The notes under the pieces were generated by a model that was not told where the DNA came from, made no database searches, and worked only from the letters and a program-made list of their open reading frames with translations. From an uncultured virus (IMG/VR IMGVR_UViG_3300022555_000014) (taxonomy: Duplodnaviria > Heunggongvirae > Uroviricota > Caudoviricetes): a stretch of 64,000 nucleotides of DNA. Below are positions 9,204 through 19,609 of this stretch, in pieces (positions within the stretch are counted from its first letter, which is position 1; every line of letters begins with the position of its first letter). A program made the translations under genes and the position numbers. The stretch lies in IMG/VR virus record IMGVR_UViG_3300022555_000014; one strand, 5' to 3'.

Positions 9204-10943
9204 ATGTCGTTTATCATTAACGCTAAAGGTAACAGCCCTCGTCAGTTTACATTTGGTAAAGCTGCGGGTGTTACAGGTCCAACTTTGTACACCGGGCCTG
9301 AGACTCCCGCTGGAACATTAGGTATCGAAGGTGACCTTTATGTACAAGGCGGTACCAATTTAAGCGGTACCTCTGTAGGTGCATTCTATCAGAAGATTAA
9401 CGGGGTTTGGAACGCCATTACCACGGAGTTCTTGCCACTAACTGGTGGAACTCTGTCTGGGCCTCTTTACCTATGGAATGACCCCGTAGGACCTATGGAA
9501 AGTTGCACTAAACAGTACACAGACAGTCTAAGGTATGCTTTACAGCTCAAAACAGCCTGCCGTTTGCTAGCAACAGCTAACATTAACCTATCGAATCCAG
9601 GCTCTATCACAATTGACGGTCGGACTCCTAATGTAAATGACCGTATTTTCTGCGTGAATCAGACCATTCAGCTACAGAATGGTCTGTATCAGTGGAACGG
9701 TACTTCTTCTCCAATGACCCGTACGGATGACGCTAATACGGACCAGAATGTTACGACTGGTATGTACAGTAGCATAACAGACGGTCAGAATTATGTTGGT
9801 CAAGCTTGGGCACTAATCACTGAAGAGCCTTTATCTTTAGACGTTACTCCTCTCCAGTTCACACGTATTTATTCACCCGGCCAGTTGAACCCACAAAACG
9901 GGTTTACCACCAACGGCAATACCTTCTCGATCAACTCTGCAAATACCTCCCATATCGTAGTCAATTCAAATTCAATTGACACTGGTGCGGATATTGCAAC
10001 TTTGTCAGACCGGCAGACTTTCACCGGCACTAAGACCTTCACCTCCTCCATTATCTCTACAGTATCAACCGGCACCTCTCCGCTATCCGTTAGCTCAACA
10101 ACTCAAGTTGACAATCTGAACGCTGCTCTATTAAACGGTTACGATGCTACAGCGTTTATTGCGTCTAACGGCACAGTCCCTAAAATTATCGCAGACTTAC
10201 ACATTCATATCCCTGACCCTACTACAACTCCTTCAGGAACTATTTTCATCGCCAAAAACAATGGTAACATTTTCCAAACTGACGGCTCGGCGTGGAATCA
10301 GATTGGTGGCGGTCTACCTAAAATCATTGAAGACGTTTACGCTAACCTACCAAGTGCTACAACAACTCCAGCGGGAACTTTGTTCATTGGTACCGACACA
10401 TTAGATTGGTACTACAACAACGGTACTACTTGGAGCCTGCTATCTGGTGGTGTTAGTGGTGGCCTTTACGCTCCTATTGATAGTCCGTCTTTCACCGGAT
10501 CACCTACAGCGCCAACCCCTACCATAACCGATAATTCTTCTTTGTTAGCTACCACTGCTTTCGTCCAAGGGCTACTTGCTAATCCTCCCGCAGCAGTAAC
10601 GTTGCCAGCTAACTCAACTGCTGTTACTCAATCAGCAACGGATAAGTCAACGAATGTAGCTACAACAGAGTTCGTGGCTCAATACGTTAGTACGAAGTAC
10701 TCTTTCTCGTTCAACAACACGACTGACTGGGGAACAAGTGACGGTACTGATTACACGATAAGCGTAGCTCATGCCACACACAACCGTGGTACTGATCCGT
10801 CAATTCAAGTCTTTAGCTTCAACGGTACTTCTTATTCTCTAGCCTCACCAGATTCGCTCCAAGTGTTCACTAACGGTGACGTTAGCTTCTCTGTTTCAGC
10901 TTCACCGGACGGACGGTTCACCGGTCGTATTCTAATTCTGTAG
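9204..10943 (+). CDS. Tail fibre / head-decoration-like structural protein
   Basis: 'FLPLTGGTLSGPL...DPVGPMESCTKQYTD' and 'ACRLLATANINL...IDG...DRI...NQT...QNGLY' motifs, a fibre repeat, and the shared C-terminal 'FNNTTDWG...THNRG' domain. Confidence 0.8.
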   Translation: MSFIINAKGNSPRQFTFGKAAGVTGPTLYTGPETPAGTLGIEGDLYVQGGTNLSGTSVGAFYQKINGVWNAITTEFLPLTGGTLSGPLYLWNDPVGPMESCTKQYTDSLRYALQLKTACRLLATANINLSNPGSITIDGRTPNVNDRIFCVNQTIQLQNGLYQWNGTSSPMTRTDDANTDQNVTTGMYSSITDGQNYVGQAWALITEEPLSLDVTPLQFTRIYSPGQLNPQNGFTTNGNTFSINSANTSHIVVNSNSIDTGADIATLSDRQTFTGTKTFTSSIISTVSTGTSPLSVSSTTQVDNLNAALLNGYDATAFIASNGTVPKIIADLHIHIPDPTTTPSGTIFIAKNNGNIFQTDGSAWNQIGGGLPKIIEDVYANLPSATTTPAGTLFIGTDTLDWYYNNGTTWSLLSGGVSGGLYAPIDSPSFTGSPTAPTPTITDNSSLLATTAFVQGLLANPPAAVTLPANSTAVTQSATDKSTNVATTEFVAQYVSTKYSFSFNNTTDWGTSDGTDYTISVAHATHNRGTDPSIQVFSFNGTSYSLASPDSLQVFTNGDVSFSVSASPDGRFTGRILIL

Positions 10944-11038
10944 TCCTGTAATTCTGTAAACTGGTAAACCTGTAGTCCTGTAAACTGGTAATTCTGCAAG
11001 CCGGTAAACTGGTAATTCTGTAAACTGGTAATTCTACG
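10935..11038. repeat. Degenerate 8-bp tandem repeat (ATTCTGTA/AACTGGTA/GTCCTGTA), about 13 units, starting in the last codons of 9204..10943
   Basis: 8-bp periodicity read directly from 10935. Confidence 0.85.
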
Positions 11039-11092
11039 AGTTAGCTCCTTCCTGTTGGGCTTTACATCAACAAAGACACTGGAATAGTACAA

Positions 11093-11134
11093 AAGAAAAA
11101 CGAGGGTAGGTTAATTCCTACCCTCGTTTTTCTT
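11093..11134 (+). terminator. Intrinsic terminator (possibly bidirectional)
   Basis: AAGAAAAACGAGGGTAGG-TTAATT-CCTACCCTCGTTTTTCTT. Confidence 0.9.
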
Positions 11135-11333
11135 GTTTTGACTTATACTTATCTCAAACCTCTAGCTTAAACCTTGTAATTGGAATGAATCTTTAATTCT
11201 TGATTTTGGCTTTAACTTAATTTTAAGCAATAGAGCTTCAAAAAAATAGAGTTCCTGAGCTTGTGATCTAAGAGAGTGTTTTGGTCATTTCGCAAGCTAC
11301 TACCAACCCAGCACCCATAAGGAATCAGGTCAA

Positions 11334-13259
11334 ATGTCTTACAGGTTTTTCGGCTCGCTTGATATTCACCGCGATTTAACTATCAATCAAGATGCAACGG
11401 TCACTGGTACCTTAACTGTTAACGGTACCTCCTTGGTACCTACAGTAACGGCTACGGATAGTTCAACCAATGCGGCTTCTACCGCTTTCGTTAACAACTA
11501 CGTAACTTCTAAAAGTTATATTACTGGTAACCAAAACATAACAATTTCTGGTGATGCTTCTGGTTCAGGTACTACCGCGATAACTGTTACGCTACCAAAT
11601 ATCAATTCTAACACATCAGCAGTAGGATCGTCAACTGTAATTCCTATTATTACAGCCAACGCTAAAGGCTTAGTCACTTCAATATCAAGTGCTACACTTT
11701 CTCACTCTGACGTTGGTGCTGCACCCTTAGACCCTCCTAATTTTACCGGTACTCCTACCGCTCCTACCCCGACTACTACAGACAATTCCACTTCTTTAGC
11801 TACCACAGCGTTCGTTAATTCTTTGGTTAACGGTATTGTATCTTCTACTTTCGTGTATAAAGGTACTGTTGATATTACTGCTGCCCCACCTTCGCCAAAA
11901 CAGTCTGGTTATACTTGGCGAGTTGCAACTGGAGGCACTCCTACTTCAGGTTGGGTATTCAACGTTACTGAATCTGTAGTAGATGTTGGTGATTTAGTTG
12001 TTTATGACGGAGCTAAGTGAAACAGATTACCCGCTACTTCACCAGCAGTTACCCAAGGCAGTAACATTGTTGTTACTCCTACCGGTGATAGCTCTTATGC
12101 AGTAGCCTTAACTACCTCTCCTGCTTTGACCGGTGCTCCAACTGCTCCTACACCTACTGTTACTGACAATTCTACTAGAATCGCAACAACCGCTTATGTT
12201 CAAGCTTTAGCAGGCTCAGCTTCGGTAACGTTAACAGGCGATGTAACAGGCTCAGGTATTGGTTCTTTTATTACAACTATTGCTCCTTCTTCGGTAACGT
12301 TAGCGAAGATTGCTAATATACCAGCTTACACTATTATCGGTAATAATACTGGATCGGCTAATAATCCTTCATCTTTGACTGTTTCTCATGCGTTAAATCT
12401 CTTAGGTAGTGGTAATGACGCTACCGGTTCTGGCGTAGTGGTTCTGGCGAACACCCCTACTTTGGTAACACCTAATTTAGGTGATGCTTCTGCCACCACT
12501 ATCAACAAGGTTACAATTACTCCTCCAAGCAGTGGTGCCACTTTAACTTTATCAAACGGTTCTTCTTTAATTGTGTCAGGTGGTTACAGTACCACGTTTG
12601 TATCTTCCGCTATTACAAGTGTCACCTTACCTACCTCTGGTACATTAGTTGCTAACACAGCAAACAATTGGAACGGTAACCAAGGTTCTGTTGCTACAAC
12701 GTTAGCTGACGCAATTACTATTTATCCAGACTTTTCGCTTTCTAATACCTATTCATTAGTTCTTACCGGTAATCACACGCTAGGTCTACCTACAGGGTTA
12801 TTAGTAAACAAACGGTCTTCTATTACTCTGGACATATGGCAAAACAGCACGGGTAATAACACTTTATCCTTTGCTTGGTGTTATCAATGGCCTTCTGGTG
12901 CTCAAGGGATTTTGTCTACAGGTGCTTTGGCGCGTGATAAGTTATTCGGTGATGTTTCTTATTATAATACAGCTAATGTTACTATTTCTATTGCTACTCC
13001 TGGTGTAATCACTTGGAATAATCACGGACTGCTAACTGGAATGCGCCTACAGTTAACCACCACAGGTGCGTTGCCAACTGGGTTAAGTACTGGGATTAGT
13101 TATTACGTAATTGTCGTAGACGCAAATACCTTCTCCTTAGCAACCAGCTTAGCTAACGCAGCCACACTTACTAAAATTGCTACTAGCGGTACTCAGTCAG
13201 GAACCCACACTGCTACTGCTTGCTGCATTGATTTGACCTTAGTCAAAGCCTTCTCGTAA
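11334..13259 (+). pseudogene. Tail fibre gene with one in-frame TGA (12018..12020) at a conserved Trp
   Basis: ORFs 11334..12020 and 12126..13259 are in the same frame. Read-through gives YDGAK*NRLPATSPAVTQGSNIVVTPTGD, matching paralogs YNGSKWDRLPNTNP and YNGTDWDRLAETNP. Confidence 0.85.
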
Positions 13260-13290
13260 AAACCATGGTCTATCTGGAGGCTTAAATCAA

Positions 13291-16200
13291 ATGTCTATTT
13301 TCGGCAGTACTCTTGGGTTCTGGGGGAGTCAAGCTTCTTCAGCAGCCTTTACTTCTAATTGTGCGTTATTCGCTGGTGGATCAACTTCTAATAGCTACAC
13401 TACTGTCACAAATCAGACTGATAAATACCTGTACGCCAGCAATACTGTTATTCCAGGTGCTGCGTTAGGCACTAATAATCAATTTATGACAGGTATAGGT
13501 AATATGACCTATGCTTTCTTTGCTGGTGGTCAAGGTGGAGACGGTGTCTCAGTAGCGTCTACTAATAAATATCTATATTCGGCTGATTTAGTGTCCTCTA
13601 CTACCTCACTAGGACAGTCTCGTTATGGTGCTGGTGGGGCGGGTAACGCTACAGTAGGTATTATTGCTGGTGGGTACAATTCTACTTCCAATTATGTTAC
13701 CTATTCTGACAAATATACGTATTACTTAGACGTTGTTGCTACAGGTACGGCACTAGGTACGGCACGAGACTACCTGAGCGGTATTAGCAGTGCTACATCA
13801 GCCGTATTTTCTGGTGGTACTACAGGTTCTGATTCTATGCTTTCAGAACGTTACATATTCATTGGTGATATTGTTTCTACTGGTACAGCATTAGGTGCAG
13901 CTCGTAATAGCTTATCGAGTACCTCTAATTCCGTAAACGGTATTTTTGCTGGTGGTATAGCTGCGGCTACCTTGTCCAACTACACAGACAAATATACTTT
14001 TGTTGGTGACTCTTTAGTGGCTGGTACGGTGTTAGGTACGGCTCGTTCTGGTCACGCTGGTGCTTCAGGTGCTACGTATGGACTTTTTGCAGGTGGTAAT
14101 ACAGCCTCTGGTCTTACTACCTCCAGTGAAAAGTACGCCTATTCAGGTGATACAGTTGCTAGTGGTGTTAATTTAGGAATACCACGTCAAGGACTAGCTG
14201 CTGTTAGTATGTTGCCAGGTAACTTCTGGGATGTGTTAAATCCAACTTGTATTGTTGCTGGTGGTTATGATAATGGCAGCAATATCTACGCTACTTCAGA
14301 AAAGTATTCCTACTACTCAAATACCTACGCTGCTGGCGGTAGTTTAAGCCAAGCCCGTATTTCACTAGCAGCAACTAGCAATTTTACAAAAGGTATTTTT
14401 GCTGGTGGACAAAACGGAGGTTTCTTTAGTCTAATTGATAAATACACCTATTCTACCGATACAGTAGTTTCTTCTTCAGCTACTATTTACAGTGGAGCCT
14501 CAGGTCTAGCTGGTGCCGGTAACGCTACAGTAGGCTTATTTGCTGGTGGTTGTACTGCTACAAATTATTATGCCCACACTACTAGATACACCTATGGTAC
14601 TGACACCTCCGTTACAGGTATTGACCTTACCTACGCGCCAGAAGGTGTAACAGGGGCAGCCAATGCTACTATGGCTGTTTTAGCAGGTGGTCATACGGGG
14701 CCAAGTACTTATGTGTCTACTGTTAACGTGTACAACTGGGCTTACAATACTGTATACGGGATCAGCTTACTAAATTCTGGTCGAGAATACGCAGCCGCTT
14801 CTGGTAATAGCCAACAAGCGTTGATATCTGGCGGCGACCAGCGCGGAGCAAATCAAATCAATTCTACTGATGTTATTACTTACGCTACAATGACTGATGT
14901 TGGTGGGACAGTACTAGGTCAAGCTAGGCAGAAAATAGCTTCAGCTAGTAACGCTACTTCTGGTATTTTTGCAGGTGGCTTGAATAATTCTAATGCTGTA
15001 ACCAGTTGGACTGATGTTTACAATTTTTCTACAGGAGCAGTAACAACAGGTGGTGTGCTTAGCACTCCACGTTTAGGTGCTGCAGGAGCTTCAACCTCAC
15101 CCGGTGGCTTCTGGGATTTTGCTACGGCTATTGGTGATTACGTTCTGTCAATGGGTGGGTATACTACTAATTCTAGTTATTTAAACTGGTCTAGTAAGTA
15201 TTATGTAGTTGGTGACTTAGTTGTTGCTGGTACCGCTTTAAGTACAGCGCGTAGAAACTTAGCTAGTTGTGGTAACGCTACATTAGGTGTTTTTGGTGGC
15301 GGAACAAACGGTAGCAATATAGCTACTACTGAAAAGTACACTTACTCTAACGATACTGTAGCAGCAGGTACTAGTCTAGGAACAGCTAGAAATAGTTTAG
15401 CGGCTGCTTCTAACTACATGCAAGGTATCTTTGGTGGCGGGTTCACCACTACCTACTCTAACTACACCGATCAGTACATTTTTGGTGGTAGTTCTTTAGC
15501 TGCGACTACTGTGCTAGGTACAGCACGATCCTTACTTGCTGCTACAGGTAATACCACTTTAGCCGTATTTGGTGGCGGCACTACAGGATCAGTTTCTCAA
15601 TATGTGGACAAGTACACGTACGCTGGTAACGCCGTTACTGCCGGAGCTACTCTTGGTGTCAGTAGGAGTACTTTAGGAGCTATTGGTAACAATACTGTGG
15701 CTGTTTTTGGTGGCGGTACGACTGGTACTGTGTCGGCTTACACTGACGTGTACACGTATTCAGCTAATACCGTTGCTGCTGGTACAGCGTTAGGTCAGGT
15801 GCGTCAAGGTTTAACTTCTGCCTCTACGTTGGCCTTAGGTATTTTTACTAGCGGTAGCACAAACGCCACAAATAGCGGTAATACTGTCTACACTGACAAA
15901 TACAATTTTACCAATGGTACTGTTACTCCAGGTGTTCTTCTAAACGTAGCTACTTGGGGAGCGTCTAGCACAAGCACAAGCCCTCCTGGAACTACTACGT
16001 CCGTTCCAATTACTTCTAACTACGCGTTATTTGCATTAGGTAGCATAAATAACGGGACAGCAGCCGGAAGTTTACTAATAACTAGTAAATATTCCTTTAC
16101 TAACGATACTACAGCAACTGGTACAAATTTAGGTACTTCGCGTATGAATGCTGGGGCTGCAGGCAACACAACATCTGGGGTTTTTGCCGGAGGTTATACT

Positions 16201-18657
16201 TATACCAGCGGTACTCCGTTAAGTGCTGTAGATGTCTATGCTTATGCAACGGACGTGGTCAGTGCCGGAACGGCTCTGAGTACCAATCGTGAAGCTCTAA
16301 CAGGTACGTCTACCGATGCTTTAGGTATTTTCGGAGGTGGCACAACAGGCTCTTATTCTGCTGTTACCGACCTTTATGTGTTTAGCGGTAATACTACTAC
16401 ACCCGGTACTGTACTAGGGACAGCTAGAGGTTGGTTAGCTTCTGCCGGAAATACGACTGTTGGTATCTTTGGCGGTGGTACTACTGGTTCTAATACCGCT
16501 GTTACTGACAAATACACCTACGCTCTAAATACTGTGGCTGCTGGAACAGTGTTAAGGTTAGCTCGCAATACTCTTACTGCTACAGGAAATACGACTGTTG
16601 GTATCTTTGGTGGTGGTACTACGGGAGCAAGCTCTCTTTACACTGATAAATACACCTACGCCGGAAACACTGTTGTAGCCGGAACAGCTTTGGGCTTAGC
16701 TCGTTACGGATTATCTGCGGCGGGTAATAGTACAGAAGCTATTTTTGCAGCAGGGTTGGCAGGTACCACATATACTACCTACACCGATAAGTATACTTAT
16801 TCAGGCGATACAGTTGTTTCAGCCACAGTCTTAGGGTTAGGTACTTACGGCTCTGTAGGCACCTCATCAGCCCCAGGTAACGCTACAGTTTTGGGAACGG
16901 TATCTTCTAATTATGCCTTGTTTGCTAGCGGTGCTTTAAATCCAAGTGGTTCTGCAGGGTTTGTAACCTTTGCTTCTAAGTATTGTTTTACTGACGACTC
17001 TCTAAACTCCGCTACCAATCTAGGAACAGGTAGACAAGGGTTAGCGGCAACGGGAAATACTGCAGTAGGTGTTTTTGGTGGAGGTAATACTGGCTCTGGA
17101 ACATCTGTTGCAGACAAATACACCTATTCAGGCGATACCGTAACGGCAGGGCATGTATTGGGAGCAGCCTCTTGGGCTCTAGGGGCAGTAAGCAACGAAA
17201 CAGTCGGTATTTTTGCAGCAGGTAAAACTCCAACCTATATTGCCACCACCAGCAGGTATACTTATGCTGGAGATGGGGTAGTTGCAGGTACTTCTGTTGG
17301 TACCGCTCGTTCAAATCTAGCCGGGGTAGGTACTTCGGCCATAGGTATTTTTGGCGGCGGTTATACTGGATCAGTTACTGCCTACGTTGATATGTACCTT
17401 TTCAATAGTGATGCTGTTGGTGCAGGTACGGTTTTAGGAACGGCTCGGCAGGTTACCGCAGCTTGTGGCAACACCACAGTAGGAATATTTGGAGGTGGCT
17501 ATACTTCTACCACTACTACCTACACCGACAAATATACCTTTGCCTCTAACTCAGTGGTGGCAGGGACAGTGCTAGGTGCTGCACGTTATGGATTGCCTGC
17601 TGCTTCTAATTCTACAGTGGGTATATTTGGTGGTGGTCAGAATTCCTCTAGTCTTAATGTGACCTACACTGATAAGTACACCTTTGCTTCTAACACAGTG
17701 GCAGCAGGGACATTGTTAGGTGTAGGTGTGTATGCAGGAGCTGCTTCTTCTACGTCTCCTGGTGGTTTTATTACGTACGCAACAATAACATCCAACTACG
17801 CGCTGTTTGCTTTAGGCTGTCTAAATGCTTCCTCTACCGTTGCTTCGGCAAATATCCTGGCTTCAGGTAAATACTGCTTTACTGACGACACCGTTGGGAC
17901 AGGCACAAATCTAGGAACAGCTAGAAACGGAGCCGGAGCAACAGGTAATTCTACTGCAGGTGTTTTTGCAGGAGGTTACACGTCCACCTATTCCAAGTAT
18001 ACTGATATCTACACCTACTCAGGTGACTCAGTAACGGCAGGAACAGTGCTAGGAAGCGCTCGGGCGTGGTTGGCGGCAGTTGGTAATTCTACTGTTGGTA
18101 TCTTTGGTGGTGGTACAACTGGTGCTAACACTACCTACACCGACAAATACACTTATTCTGGCAACTCGGTAGTTGCTGGTCACGTGTTAGGTTTAGCCCG
18201 TAATACTTTCAGCGCGACAGGCAATGCTACCGTTGGAATTTTTGGCGGTGGTTGGACTGGCTCTGGTTCGGCTTATACTGATAAGTACACATACTCTGGT
18301 GACACTGTGGCGGCGGGGCATGTGCTAGGAGTAGCACGAGGTTGGTTGAGTGCCTGTGGTACCGCTACTGTCGGCATTTTTGGTAGTGGTTACACGGGAG
18401 CAAACTCGGCTTACACAGATAAGTATACTTACTCTGGAGATACTATTGCAGCCACTACAGTTCTTGGTTCGGCTAGGCAATGCACCGCAGCGGCAGGCAA
18501 CACGACAGAGGGCATCTTTGGTGGGGGATTCACTACCACATTTACCGCCTATACTGATAAGTACACCTATTCGGGCGATACAGTGGCCCAAGGAACTTAC
18601 TTGACCTTTGGCTGCTATACAGGTTCTGCTACTTCATCTTCACCGGGTAGTTTCTAA
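13291..18657 (+). CDS. Giant Kelch-like beta-propeller repeat virion protein (six modules of about 297 aa)
   Basis: About 46-48-aa repeat 'LGTARxxLAAxGNxTxGIFGGGxTGxxxxxTDKYTYSGDTVxAGT'. Modules close with 'S(T/S)SPGxF'-like motifs six times. GGAGG RBS. Confidence 0.75.
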   Translation: MSIFGSTLGFWGSQASSAAFTSNCALFAGGSTSNSYTTVTNQTDKYLYASNTVIPGAALGTNNQFMTGIGNMTYAFFAGGQGGDGVSVASTNKYLYSADLVSSTTSLGQSRYGAGGAGNATVGIIAGGYNSTSNYVTYSDKYTYYLDVVATGTALGTARDYLSGISSATSAVFSGGTTGSDSMLSERYIFIGDIVSTGTALGAARNSLSSTSNSVNGIFAGGIAAATLSNYTDKYTFVGDSLVAGTVLGTARSGHAGASGATYGLFAGGNTASGLTTSSEKYAYSGDTVASGVNLGIPRQGLAAVSMLPGNFWDVLNPTCIVAGGYDNGSNIYATSEKYSYYSNTYAAGGSLSQARISLAATSNFTKGIFAGGQNGGFFSLIDKYTYSTDTVVSSSATIYSGASGLAGAGNATVGLFAGGCTATNYYAHTTRYTYGTDTSVTGIDLTYAPEGVTGAANATMAVLAGGHTGPSTYVSTVNVYNWAYNTVYGISLLNSGREYAAASGNSQQALISGGDQRGANQINSTDVITYATMTDVGGTVLGQARQKIASASNATSGIFAGGLNNSNAVTSWTDVYNFSTGAVTTGGVLSTPRLGAAGASTSPGGFWDFATAIGDYVLSMGGYTTNSSYLNWSSKYYVVGDLVVAGTALSTARRNLASCGNATLGVFGGGTNGSNIATTEKYTYSNDTVAAGTSLGTARNSLAAASNYMQGIFGGGFTTTYSNYTDQYIFGGSSLAATTVLGTARSLLAATGNTTLAVFGGGTTGSVSQYVDKYTYAGNAVTAGATLGVSRSTLGAIGNNTVAVFGGGTTGTVSAYTDVYTYSANTVAAGTALGQVRQGLTSASTLALGIFTSGSTNATNSGNTVYTDKYNFTNGTVTPGVLLNVATWGASSTSTSPPGTTTSVPITSNYALFALGSINNGTAAGSLLITSKYSFTNDTTATGTNLGTSRMNAGAAGNTTSGVFAGGYTYTSGTPLSAVDVYAYATDVVSAGTALSTNREALTGTSTDALGIFGGGTTGSYSAVTDLYVFSGNTTTPGTVLGTARGWLASAGNTTVGIFGGGTTGSNTAVTDKYTYALNTVAAGTVLRLARNTLTATGNTTVGIFGGGTTGASSLYTDKYTYAGNTVVAGTALGLARYGLSAAGNSTEAIFAAGLAGTTYTTYTDKYTYSGDTVVSATVLGLGTYGSVGTSSAPGNATVLGTVSSNYALFASGALNPSGSAGFVTFASKYCFTDDSLNSATNLGTGRQGLAATGNTAVGVFGGGNTGSGTSVADKYTYSGDTVTAGHVLGAASWALGAVSNETVGIFAAGKTPTYIATTSRYTYAGDGVVAGTSVGTARSNLAGVGTSAIGIFGGGYTGSVTAYVDMYLFNSDAVGAGTVLGTARQVTAACGNTTVGIFGGGYTSTTTTYTDKYTFASNSVVAGTVLGAARYGLPAASNSTVGIFGGGQNSSSLNVTYTDKYTFASNTVAAGTLLGVGVYAGAASSTSPGGFITYATITSNYALFALGCLNASSTVASANILASGKYCFTDDTVGTGTNLGTARNGAGATGNSTAGVFAGGYTSTYSKYTDIYTYSGDSVTAGTVLGSARAWLAAVGNSTVGIFGGGTTGANTTYTDKYTYSGNSVVAGHVLGLARNTFSATGNATVGIFGGGWTGSGSAYTDKYTYSGDTVAAGHVLGVARGWLSACGTATVGIFGSGYTGANSAYTDKYTYSGDTIAATTVLGSARQCTAAAGNTTEGIFGGGFTTTFTAYTDKYTYSGDTVAQGTYLTFGCYTGSATSSSPGSF

Positions 18658-18693
18658 TTTCAAAAATAACAACTTATGCGGAGCTTTTTAAAA

Positions 18694-19302
18694 ATGTCTA
18701 ACAACCGTCGTAATCACGACTTTCAAATTGCTTACTTCTTGGCAGGTAAGTGTTCTACTCCGGATGGAGCTTACGCTTTACTTTGTGACTTGGAAGAAGA
18801 GCGGGTGCTAGCCCTTTCTCACAGCCAAGTAGCAATCAAGCGTGAAAACGCTAAAGAACTACGTGCTCGTAAGTTGCTGGAAAGCGAAGACGCAGCCGAT
18901 AGGTTAGAGGCAGAAGCCGATCTAGAAGAGCTTGCTAACAACCGTCTTCACGCTGAGATTTTAGTCAAAGCTGCTAAGGATGAGTTGGACTTTATTAGGC
19001 AGTGTAAAGATAAACTAGAGCCTATACGTAAGTATGCTCACCTATCTTTACCTGAAGCTCACGAAGCTACTCAACAGGAAGAGTGGTGCCAAGAACTAAT
19101 TCGTCGGGCTGAGAACTACCTGTGTACTGGACCGTTACCTGCTGACCAATTGGATGTTATGCGTTGCCACCCTGACTTCGCTACTAAGATTCTACCCGCG
19201 TTGAATGAAATTCAAAACGCTGTTGCAGCCGGTAAACGTGACTTACTGTTAACTAGGCAAACATCCCAATGGTCTCCAGTAGCACTGTTAACTTCTCCCT
19301 AA
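18694..19302 (+). CDS. Hypothetical helical/coiled-coil protein, possible assembly partner of the propeller protein
   Basis: Charged helical ORF directly downstream of 13291..18657. Start placed at ATG 18694 behind GGAG. Confidence 0.6.
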   Translation: MSNNRRNHDFQIAYFLAGKCSTPDGAYALLCDLEEERVLALSHSQVAIKRENAKELRARKLLESEDAADRLEAEADLEELANNRLHAEILVKAAKDELDFIRQCKDKLEPIRKYAHLSLPEAHEATQQEEWCQELIRRAENYLCTGPLPADQLDVMRCHPDFATKILPALNEIQNAVAAGKRDLLLTRQTSQWSPVALLTSP

Positions 19303-19311
19303 ACTTCTAAC

Positions 19312-19358
19312 AAAAAACGGTGGGTTGGTTAAAACTCCAAACCCACCGTTTTTCTTTT
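19312..19358 (+). terminator. Intrinsic terminator
   Basis: AAAAAACGGTGGGTT...AACCCACCGTTTTTCTTTT. Confidence 0.85.
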
Positions 19359-19609
19359 AACTAAAAAGGCTAACGTTTAATAAAGTTTTATCAGTAAGAT
19401 GTTGACTAATCGTAAGAAAAGGATACGGTTAGGATAATTGTTAAATTTAGCCTTTTTGGTTTTAATTTAATTTTAAGTAATGGACTCATTAAGAAACCTA
19501 AAATAGTTTAAAATAACAATCTACACATTGACTAAGGCTTCCATCTAAGAGAGTGTTTTGGTCATTTGGAAGTCGCTACCAACCCAGTACTTATAAGGAA
19601 CCTTATCAA

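Noticed and set aside
10832..11092. Minus-strand ORF with LQNYQFTG repeats
   Set aside because: It is a translation of the 8-bp minisatellite and overlaps the real + strand gene.
11334..13259. Alternative genetic code (TGA=Trp) for the whole genome
   Set aside because: Only one in-frame TGA was found. Trp is otherwise TGG, and TGA serves as a true stop at 31719 and 37568.
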